A stretch of 64,000 nt of DNA, taken from the NCBI RefSeq assembly GCF_006345805.1, contig NC_043007.1, positions 10,416,001 through 10,480,000 of the forward strand, given 5' to 3'. This DNA comes from Octopus sinensis. Taxonomy: Eukaryota. This document shows positions 53,140 through 64,000 of the stretch, one piece after another. The translations under genes were made by a program, and so were the position numbers. Positions within the stretch are counted from its first letter, which is position 1, and each line of letters opens with the position of its first letter. A model generated the notes under the pieces. The model worked only from the letters and a program-made list of their open reading frames with translations, was not told where the DNA came from and searched no databases.

Positions 53140-53385
53140 GACGATTCGACGTAGAAACGCTCTGGTACTGGTGCCACGTAGAAAAGCACTGGTTCTGGTT
53201 TCACGCAAGACAACACCTGTGGTGCTGCTGCGTTAAAAACCCCGGTGCTGGTGCGACGTAAAAAGTACTGGTGCCACTGAAACATTAAAAGCACTGGTGC
53301 TGGTGCCACGTTAAAAGCATTGGTTCTGGTATCACGTAAAAAGAAAAGAGACTGGTTCTGTTTTCATGTAAAAAGAAGCACTAGT
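53140..53385. repeat. Degenerate ~27-bp minisatellite (acgtaaaaagcactggtgctggtgcc)
   Basis: About 9 units; related sequence on the opposite strand at 51308-51390. Confidence 0.75.
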
Positions 53386-55297
53386 GTTCCCTGCTTCCTC
53401 ACTAGAGGAAGAGAGGGAGGAAGTCGAAGAGGTGGAAATATCCTCGAAAAAGGGGAAAAAAACGAAAGGTGGGCAACCATGGTTGCCCACAGAAAGATCC
53501 GAAGGCTGCGGGAGGATCTGCTGGATAAATCAGACAAACACCAACCTCCCGTGGCTCAAGGAAAAAAAGGAAGACAAAAGAGAAACGGGACATTCAAAAT
53601 CCCCTCTTCTATCGCCTCCTCCCCTCTGATCCCACCTCTTCCTACCAACAGCGAGTGTCCTCCACTATCCGCGAACTCATCTCCTCTTCTGCTCTCCCCC
53701 CCACCGCCACCAACCTCATCGTCCGCACACCCCGCACCTCCACCATCTATTTCCTTCCCAAAATTCATAAGCCCAATACCCCTGCCCGCCTCATTGTTTC
53801 CGCCTGTAATTGCCCTACTGAACACATTTCCCTATACCTCGACCGCATCCTGTCCTCTTTAGTCAAAGCCCTCCCTTCCCACATACATGATACCACCACG
53901 CCCTCCGTCTCTTCAATTCCTTTTCCTTCCCTCCCCCCTCACACACCTCACACACAACCTCCTCTTCCCCCTTGACATCAAATCACTGTTTACGGTAATT
54001 CCCCACAACGACGGTCTCCTAGCTCTCCATCACTTCCTCGACCGTCGCCCCGACCCCACCCCTAGCACCGCCACCCTCCTCCGCCTGGCAGAGCTCGTCC
54101 TAACCCTCAACTGTTTCACGTTCGCCGGGGAAACGTACCAACAGGTGTCCGGGGTCGCTATGTGAACGAGAATGGGTCCCAATTTCGCCAATCTCTTTGT
54201 TGGCTACATTGAGGCCCAACTATTCTCCCAATTTTCCGGGCCGACCCCAGAACTATACGGTCGTTACATAGACGTCTGTATAGGCGCCACCTCCCTTTCC
54301 CGCGAACAACTCTGCCACTTCATCTCTTTCCTCTCTAACTTCCACCCCTCTCTACAATTCACTTCCACCATATCCATACTTCCGTTAACTTCCTTAACTT
54401 CCGTGATATCTCACTCAGCATCGACCACCTCGCCACTCTCTCACCACCTCCGCCTTCTTCAAACCCACGGATTCCCACTTCTATCTCAACTTCTCCTCCT
54501 CTCATCCCTTCCACACCAAACGGGATATCCCCTACTCCCAGTTCCTCTGCCTCCGACGCTTGTGTAGCCGCGACCAGGATTTCGAGACCCAGTCTCAATA
54601 CCTGGCCCGCCTGTTCAGGCTTCGAGGATACCCACCTACCCTGGTCTTGAACGCCCTCGCCCGCGCTCGTCGCATCGACCGCACCACCGCCCTTTCTCCT
54701 TCCAATCACCCACCCCCCAACCGCACCCCCTTTACCCTCTTTTCCCACCCCTCTACACTACCCCTTCGTCGGAAGATACTTCGTGCCTTCCGTCGTCTCC
54801 AGCTCGATTCCACAACCCACCCCATTTTCCCCAACCCACCCCTGTCCTCCTTCAAACGAGCCTGGAATCTACGCGACCTCCTGGTCCGTAGCACCCTCCC
54901 TTCTTCCCCCTCGGCCCCACTCGGATCCTTCCCATGCTCCAGATCCCGCTGCAACACCTGCCCGTTCATCACCAACACCACTGCTGTCACCGGTTCCAAC
55001 CGGCGAACTATACGTATCAGGTATTCCTTTACGTGCACCTCGTCTGGACTCAAATACTGCATTAAATGCAACAGCTGCAGGATGCTGTATATAGGACAGA
55101 CGGGGCGCCGGTTGTCAGACCGATTCGCCGAGCATCTGCGGGATGTTCGTCTACTTTCCAATTCTCCCGTCGCACGGCACTTCCGCTCGGCCAGCCATTC
55201 CCCCGCTGACATCTCGGTGTTTGGTCTTGCCCCACACAACGGCTCTCCCCAATCTAGGCTTCACTTGGAGAAACGGTTTATATTCCTTCTACGTACA
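53386..55297 (+). mobile_element. Comparatively well-preserved, C/G-rich Penelope-like element (RT + GIY-YIG), disabled and rearranged
   Basis: YFLPKIHKP..RLIVS, LDIKSLFT.IP, QVSGVAM*TRMGPNFANLF, RYIDV, CSRSRCNTC, FTCTSS..YCIKC..C.MLYIGQTGRRLSDRFAEH..VARHF. Confidence 0.95.
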
Positions 55298-56972
55298 CAC
55301 ACATAATACATACATAGATACATTCATACATACATGCACACACACGCACACATACATACATACATACATACATTCATAAATTCATACATACATACATATA
55401 TACATTCATACATACATACACACACACATACATACACACACATACATACATACACACATACATACACACACACATACACATATTCACACATACATACATT
55501 CAAACACATACATACATACACACATACATACATACATACACACACATACATATACATACACACATACATACACACACACATACCCACACACACACGCACG
55601 CACACATACATACACACACATACATACATGCATACATACACACACGTACACACACACATACATACATACACACATACATACACGCATATACACACACACA
55701 AACATACATACACACACATACACACACACATACACATACATACATACATACACACATGCACACACATACACACACATACATATACATACATACATACATA
55801 CACACACATACACAAATACACAAATACACACATACATACACACACATACACACATACATAGATACATACACACATACATATATATACATACATACACACA
55901 CATACATATACACACATACGTACACACACGCACATACACACATACACGCATGCACACATACATACACATACATACACACACACAAACATACGCACATACA
56001 TACACACACACTTACATACATACATACATACACACACACATACATACACACACATACACACATACATACATAGACACATACACGCATGCACACATACATA
56101 CATATATACACATACATACACACACATACATACGCACATACATACACACACACTTACATACATACATACATACACACACACATACATACACACACATACA
56201 CACATACATACATACATAGACATATATACATACACACACATACATATACATACATACATACATACAGACACACACATGTACACATACACGCATGCACACA
56301 CACATACATACATACACACACACATACTATACACACATACATACACACACGCGTACATATACATACATACATACACATACACATACATACACACTTACAC
56401 ACATACACCCGTACATACATACATACACACACACTTACATACACCCACATACATACACACTTACACATATACACACACATACATACACACAAACATACAT
56501 ACATACACACACACATACATATACATACACATACCCACACACACACGCACGCACACATACATACACACACATACATACATACATACATACATACACACAC
56601 GTACACACACACACATACATACATACATACACACATACATACACACATACACACACACAAACATACATACACACACATACACACACACATACATATACAT
56701 ACACACATGCACACACATACACACACATACATATACATACATACATACACACACACATACACACATACACAAATACACACATACATACACACACACATAC
56801 ACACATACATAGATACATACACACATATATATATATACATACATACACACACATACATATACACACATGCTTACACACACGCACATACACACATACACGC
56901 ATGCACACATACATACATATATACACATACATACACACACACATACATACGCACATACATACACACACACAC

Positions 56973-57003
<31 letters not shown>

Positions 57004-58100
57004 CATACACATAGATACATACATACGTAAACATATATATACATACATACACACACACATACACACACACATACACACGCACGCACGCACACATACATAC
57101 ATACACACACACGTACATACATACATACACACAAACTTACACACATACACATACAAACATACATACACACACATACACACACATACACACACATACATAC
57201 ATACGCACATACATACACACATATACATACATACACACACACATACACACACATATATATACATACATACATACACACATACATGCACACATACACGCAT
57301 GCACACATACATACATACACACATACACATACACTACATACATAAATACATACATACATACACACACATACATAAACATACATATGTACACTCACACACA
57401 TACACACATACACGCATGAAAAAATACATACATACACACATACGTACATACATACATATATAAACACACACTTACACACATACACACACATACATACACA
57501 CACATACATACATACACACATACACACACACATACACACACACATACACACACGCATACATACACACATACACACACACATACACACACATACATACACA
57601 CACGCATACATATACATACATACACATACACACACATACACACATACATACACATACATATACACACATATAAGCCCCTACATCGTACACACACGCACAC
57701 ATATATACATACATTCACTCGCACGCACGTACACACACACGCACACACACACATTTACATATATATATACTATACACTCACACACACATACACACGTACA
57801 AACACACACAAACTCACATACACACCGACAGATATACCTACACAATACACCTATCCTATCCCGCACGCACACATACCCACAACACATACAAACGCACACA
57901 TACACGCACACACACACCATACATACATACACTCTCACACACATGAACCCACATATACATCCCTACACACACGCACGTACAAGCACACACGTTCTAGGTT
58001 AAACAGATACTCGCCACACACCCACACTCTACTAAACGCATACACACACGAACACACACATGCACACACACACACACCACACACTACAAACACACACACC
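55298..58100. repeat. ~2.8-kb compound (CA)/(CATA) microsatellite
   Basis: Direct reading; source of about 20 spurious ORFs. Confidence 0.97.
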
Positions 58101-58550
58101 ACATGATACATATAGGCCTTTGTTTTTTGACCCGGCTTTGGACCTGGCTTGACACCAACAGCTAGCAGTCTTCATGACAGCTGGCTTTGCCATTGGCTTT
58201 ATTCACCAAATACACACACCACACACACCAACGCACAAACACACTGTCATCTTGCACCACACACACAACCACACACACAAACACACAGACATTCCTTTTT
58301 TTGGAACTCTCTTGCATTATAAAACCATATTTCAACTACCTTCAAATTCTGTTCTTTCAACATGTGATCTCTTAAGCACCACCAGCTCATATATTTTCTC
58401 TCCTCTGTCTTCTCTCCGCTCGAACGTTAAACCCTCCTTCCCTTCTTTCCTGAGCGTCAATAATACTTTAATTGTTCCACGTCCTGCGTTGCTGTGTTTT
58501 TTTCTTGTTTTTTTCTCTTTTCTTCTGTGTTTTCTTGTTGTTTGGATTAA

Positions 58551-58613
<63 letters not shown>

Positions 58614-58721
58614 CAGAGAAAGGCAGAAACAAGGAAATGCCACTTATATTTGAACACTATAAAATATTCTTTTAAAAAAACTTTTCTTTTAATTTTTCTA
58701 AATTTAATTATTTGATTGTTA

Positions 58722-58757
58722 CAGTTGAAAAGGTCTCAATGACTGAAACCGGTACTG
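58722..58757 (+). ncRNA. Hammerhead motif with U3-A8 core
   Basis: cag TTGAAAA ggtc tcaat gact GAAA CCGG TA ctg. Confidence 0.6.
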
Positions 58758-58824
58758 AAATGTTCTTTATAAAATTATTTTAGCATTTTCTATCCTGACT
58801 TGTTTTTTCATATATATATATATA

Positions 58825-59214
58825 CTAGCAGTATCGCCCGGCGTTGCTCGGTTTGTAAGGGAAATAACTATATAAGCATTTTTAGAGAGTTATAGCCAAA
58901 AAATAGCAAAAAAATGCATTAAAAATTGAAAAAAAATTAAGGTAAATTTTTTTTAAATCGTTGACACATCGTTATATTTTTTTAGAGAGTTACTTCCCTT
59001 ATATAAAAGCGAAAAAATGCATTAAAATGGAAAAATATGATGGTAAATTTCTTTTAAACGTAGACTCATCGTAGACGCGCGCTAATACCAGAAGGGCTCG
59101 ATATGAATCACGACTATAAGATACCCGCTTTTGGTTAAACTGCACCGCAAAATGTGGAGTAGTTACGAATCTAAATCGTAGAGACAGACACACAACTTCA
59201 CTCTTATATAAAGA
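58825..59214 (-). mobile_element. Non-autonomous Helitron
   Basis: Minus strand: A|TC..ccgagcaacgccgggcg (hairpin)..CTAG|T, no TSD. Confidence 0.8.
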
Positions 59215-60717
59215 TGCTTTTTTTTTCAGTCATAGAGTTAGATTTATGAAGGTCTTCAGTAGAAAATCCTTCGAATTCTGACTCGCTGCTTGATATAATG
59301 AAATTCGTATCCATTTTTTGTCAGAATTACAAATTTTGAAAACACATAGGAACAAATTTCGGAAAAAAATCTCCCATAATTCACGGAATTAAAATTACAC
59401 TTCGATTTTTGTACAAAACTGTAGTTGAAGTGTTTTACGAAGTATAATACGTGTTTTCACGAATGTACTAAAGAGATTTACTCTGATATTCTCATTTAAA
59501 TATGAATAGGTAAATTCGGGCGGTTTGGTAACGAAAGGGTTAAACGGATGCATACATTTATTAATAACTAATATATAGTGTCGTCTGTTTAACATAAACA
59601 CTGTTTCATACTGCAATTATATATACATATATCTATATATTATTATATAATAAAATATATACAGAGTAAAAATAAAAACCATTTACTTTTCTGTATTGTT
59701 ATAGCAATTCCACCGTCCGTGTGTCTTTGCAAATGTGTTGGAATGATAAGTGAGTTGTGTTTTGCGCCTTTTTTACTAATAACAAACACACACGTGTTTG
59801 TATGTAGTTGTTTGAAACGTTTGTGTGTTTGCCACTCTCATATATGTATGTGTATGCGTGTGTGTGAGGAATGACACACACACACTCACGCACGCACACA
59901 TGTACATCAATGCTTTCGGAGTGAAATGTTAAAATATTGAGTTTTCTCGAATTTTTTTGTCTTAATTGGTGGTAAAATTGAAAGAAATTTTTTATGGCAT
60001 CACCCACCGGAATACTCTGAAAAATCATGGGTACACTCTAATTGAAGAAATTGTGTGAGAGTAAATCGTTATGTATTTTATTTGTTTCTGTTTGCTGTTT
60101 TTTTTTTTTTTAGTAGTGGTTTAAGGTACACTTCTCTCGTTTTATCGAATTAGTTTCACTTTAATCGCTACAAAAAACTTGCAAAGAGAAAGTCGCAGAA
60201 ATGAGTGATAGCGTGAGTGAATGAGATCGCTCCCTTTTTGTGTGTGTGTGTGTGTGTGCGAGTGCTGTAGCCCACATTAAGAGAAGCATTTGACTCATTA
60301 CACTACAAGTGAGTTTTCTGTAAATTTTGCTTAATTGGGGTTGAAATTTTAAAAACTGGACCTGGCATGACCCGATGCATTCTACTCTTAAAAATGCTAG
60401 GTAAATTGTAATTGAAGAAATCCTATATTGTAGATTTCTATAACTGACAAAGGGAGGCAGATAAAATCTGCCTTTTATAATAAGAGATATATATTACGGA
60501 GATGTACTCGCATAGCAAGTAATTTGATCTGAGATCGTGTGCTGAAACGAAAACAATTGCAGCGTGAAAGGTGTTTCTAAGCCATTTAAGAAACACACAA
60601 AAGCCGTTCGATTCACTTCAACATTTAAGTTTAATTTGTCAAAATATTTTCGTCGCTAAAATCCGCGACCTGTTCACTGACAAAGTCCGTGTTGTGTGTA
60701 TATATATATACTTTCAG

Positions 60718-60851
60718 ACACTGGTGACCCTAATGTGTTAAATGAATTGAAAGTAACCATCACCGACACGAACTCCTGTAATTCAAGTTGGCAAGGATTA
60801 ATTCTATCCAGTCATATCTGTATCAGAAATCGTGTGACCGGCGCATGCGCT
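60718..60851 (+). CDS. Internal exon of an S1 (trypsin/chymotrypsin-family) serine protease
   Basis: tttcag|..|gtaagt; 134 nt, phase 1 to phase 0; TGDPNVLNELKVTITDTNSCNSSWQGLILSSHICIRNRVTGACA matches L..L.V......C..........IC......AC, ending just before the expected GDSGGP. Confidence 0.8.
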
Positions 60852-61222
60852 GTAAGTAAGATAATATATTGCCTTCATTTGCTTTCGTTCTTTCTTTTTT
60901 TACTTTGTTTCTTTGTATGTTTTCTTTTCTAGGATTACACTTCTGTAACCATAAGTTCCAAAAATCTTAAAAGGGAAGTCAAAATGTATCTTCCACTTGT
61001 TTCAGTCATTGGACTCCGGCCATGCTGGAGCTGTGGCTTGAAGAGTGTTAATAGGACAAATGGCACCCATACTTAATTTGTTTTTTAAAATCTGGTACTT
61101 ATTTTATCGATATCTGCTGGCAAACCGCTGAGTTTCAGGGTTATAAACAAACCAGCACTTCTTATCAAGCAGTGAAGGACAGACACAAAGACAGACACCC
61201 ACATACACACACACGTACACAC

Positions 61223-61254
<32 letters not shown>

Positions 61255-61356
61255 GAAGTTTCAGTCCATTAAACTCACTCAAGGGCTTTGGGCGGCTATT
61301 GTTGCTATCGTTGAAGACACTTGCCCAAGATACTACACAGTACTACATGACTATAG

Positions 61357-61790
61357 GTGAGCTGGTTTAGGCGGAGAGCTGGTTTAGGCGGTGAGCTGGC
61401 AGAAACGTTAGCACGCCGGGCGAAATGCTTAGTAGTATTTCGTCTATCGCTACGTTCTGAGTTCAAATTCCGCCGAGGTCGACTTTGCCTTTCATCCATT
61501 CGGGGTCGATTGAATAAGTACCAGTTACACACTGGGGTTGATATAATCAACTTAATCCGTTTGTCTGTCCTTGTTTGTCCTCTCTCTGTTTAGCCCCTTG
61601 TGGGTAATAAAGAAATAGGTATTTCGTCTGCCGCTACGTTCTGAGTTCAAATTCAGCCGAGGTCGACTTTGCCTTTCGTCCTTTCGGGGTCGATTAAATA
61701 AATTCCAGTTACGCACTGGGGTTGATATAATCGACTTAATCCGTTTGTCGTCTCTGTGTTTAGCCCCATGTGGGTAGTAATGAAATTGAG
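61357..61790 (+). mobile_element. Family B SINE dimer with triplicated 5' end
   Basis: ggtgagctggtttaggc ggagagctggtttaggc ggtgagctggcagaaacg. Confidence 0.88.
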
Positions 61791-62019
61791 CACCGTAGAA
61801 CGCTGGACAGACGGATCGGTTAAATTTCTCAAGGTTTAATTTCGTTCAGACCTCCTGATGAACAAGAAGAGGTGACGAATAGATTGGTTAGTCATATCTA
61901 GATTTGAACTGAATGAAAACTGTCCCTGATGGGTCGGGTGAGGTAGAGAATGCTTATGTCGCATCGTCATTCACTACAGCTTGAACATCATGTTTTACCC
62001 TTCGTGGCGGGCCAGAATG

Positions 62020-62150
62020 GAGCACTTGCTCTTCCGCTTTCTGTGGAAGGACGCGTCCTGCTGATCAGACAATCCATTTGCAGACAACATTCACTGCATA
62101 GAGGACTGAGCATACTGTGGCAAATGATGCGCAGACACGCTAACCGCCAT
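62020..62150 (+). mobile_element. L1/Tx1-like LINE fragment
   Basis: MEHLLFRFLW / GRVLLIRQSICRQHSLHRGL resembles the post-RT L1 region. Confidence 0.5.
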
Positions 62151-62168
62151 TGATTTCTTACATAATAG

Positions 62169-62789
62169 GGATCTTTTCGGTTTGATCGGCAGTTTTTAAC
62201 ATAATTTCTATGTAACTAAAAAATTTTAAACTTCGTATACTGGCAGAATGTGTTTATAAAACATCTTTTTCTCTTGGCTTTATTGAGAAAATTCTATAGT
62301 TTGTAAGATATTTGTTGTTTTTTTTTCTTCAATATCTACAATTTCAACCAATCAGTGACGTTGGATCTTTTCGGTTTGAACGGCTTTTAACATAATTTCT
62401 AGGTAACTAAAAAATTTTAAACTTCGTATACTGGTAGAATGTGTTTATAAAACATCTTTTTCTCTTGGCTTTATTGAGAAAATTCTATAGTTTGTAAGAT
62501 ATTTGTTGCTTTTTTTCTTCAATTTCTGCAATTTCAACCAATCACTGACGTCCATTAAGGTAAAAAACATTCTGTGCTGTATGAATATGTCCCTCGTTTA
62601 AGAAACAGATTGGGTTTATTTACATTTTTGAAGAAAAAAAGATACCCTTCGCTCCACCCCTAACCCTAACCCTAACCCTAACCCTAAAAGCGATTGAAAT
62701 GCAATAGATCGATTCTAGGGTCATAATTATGGGTGACAATTTCATATGACACCGCTAGAAAAAAACTGCCATTCAAACCGAAAAGATCC
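62169..62789. mobile_element. Merlin-type MITE with duplicated 5' ~190 bp
   Basis: Same TIRs as 46018-46457; 8-bp TSD cataatag; second left TIR at ~62363. Confidence 0.85.
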
Positions 62790-62924
62790 CATAATAGTTT
62801 ATAGTAACTCCATTATTGTAGGCGCAGGAATGGCTGTGTGGTTAAGAAACTTGATTTACAGCCAAGTGGTTTCCGGTCTGTCCCAGTGCGCGTCTTATAT
62901 AGAACTCTTGTGAAAGAATTTGGA

Positions 62925-63285
62925 AGTCCACCTTGCAATGGCCCAGTGGCTAGGGCAACGGACTCGCGGTCATAGGATCGCGGTTTCGATTCCCAGACCG
63001 GGCGTTGTGAGTGTTTATTGAGCGAAAACACCTAAAGCTCCACGAGTCTCCGGCAGTGGGTGGTGGTGAACCCTGCTGTACTCTTTCACCACAACTTTCT
63101 CTCACTCTTACTTCCTGTTTCTGTTGTACCTCTGTGTCACGCTGAATATCCCCGAGAACTACGATAAGGGTGCACGTGTCTGTGGAGTGCTCAGCCACTT
63201 ACACGTTAATTTCACGAGCAGGCTGTTCCGTTGATTCGGATCAACCGAAACCCTCATCGTCGTTACCGACGGAGTGCTTCTTACG
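62925..63285 (+). mobile_element. tRNA-derived SINE family C variant
   Basis: ggcccagtggctaggg..ggtttcgattccc head; body shared with 47266-47581. Confidence 0.85.
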
Positions 63286-64000
63286 TGAGTGCATATTTGT
63301 GCGTTTTATCAGCTTTTGTTTAGTTTACTATTGGCAATATCAGCTTTAAAGAAAAAAGTAAGCGTGTTGAATTGTTCGACTAAACCCGTCAAGGCGGTGT
63401 CTCAGCATGGCCGAAGTCCAATGACTAAAGCAAATAAGATTATAAAAAAGAAGAAAAAACCCCGAGACTGCGAAGGAGCCTCGACGTGACAACAATTCAG
63501 CCAACCAGAAATAGCAACCGAACTTGCATCAACCTCAACTATGATTTTACAAGAACGCATTGGAAAAAGTGGTTTGGAGCGCAGAGTTCTGCACGAATAT
63601 AACATGTTGGTTATAGCTAGAGCGGTTATCTTAAGGCTGCCCTTAAAGTAAACAACAACAAAATCTACATAAATATTGTTAATGACCTTAATCTGCTAAA
63701 CCTGTTTTCAACAGGTTTCATAGAATTTATATAATAGCTGCTTTTACCGAACGAGTTGTTGGTTGTCATTGCTGGTGTTACTACTGTTGTTGTTGTTGTT
63801 GTTGTTGCAGCTACTACTGCTGGGCTTCAAAGGTATTATTAATCAGAACGTAGCAGTATTTTTTCAACACAAACACACACACACAAATACACGCACACAA
63901 ATACACGGTTTTATATATACATATACACACACACACAATAGCATTTATATATATATATATACACACACCACTACTTGACAACGTTATGTGGGTGTCTGCA

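Noticed and set aside
53140-53385. CRISPR-like repeat array
   Set aside because: Degenerate contiguous units with no unique spacers; eukaryotic minisatellite

Overview
AT-rich, microsatellite-saturated eukaryotic DNA. The SINE families and repeat landscape look like an Octopus (cephalopod) genome; this is from recall, not a database search. There is one 100-N scaffold gap at 51208-51307. Host genes: a minus-strand tandem cluster of single-coding-exon rhodopsin-class orphan GPCRs (intact at 25630-26859, 1-nt frameshifted at 42567-43810, decayed fragment at 23398-23751) and one isolated plus-strand exon of an S1 (chymotrypsin-like) serine protease (60718-60851). Most of the rest is transposon-derived: R4/Dong-like, RTE, CR1-like and Tx1-like LINE fragments, two Penelope-like elements, mariner/Tc1, Chapaev-like, Merlin, hAT and Helitron non-autonomous elements, and three tRNA-derived SINE families. 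Nearly all other ORFs in the track are microsatellite artefacts. The most unexpected signal is non-coding: about ten minimal type-I hammerhead ribozyme motifs of several sequence families. They have palindromic stem III, several sit inside fold-back repeats next to (TA)n, and two carry a compensatory U3-A8 core.
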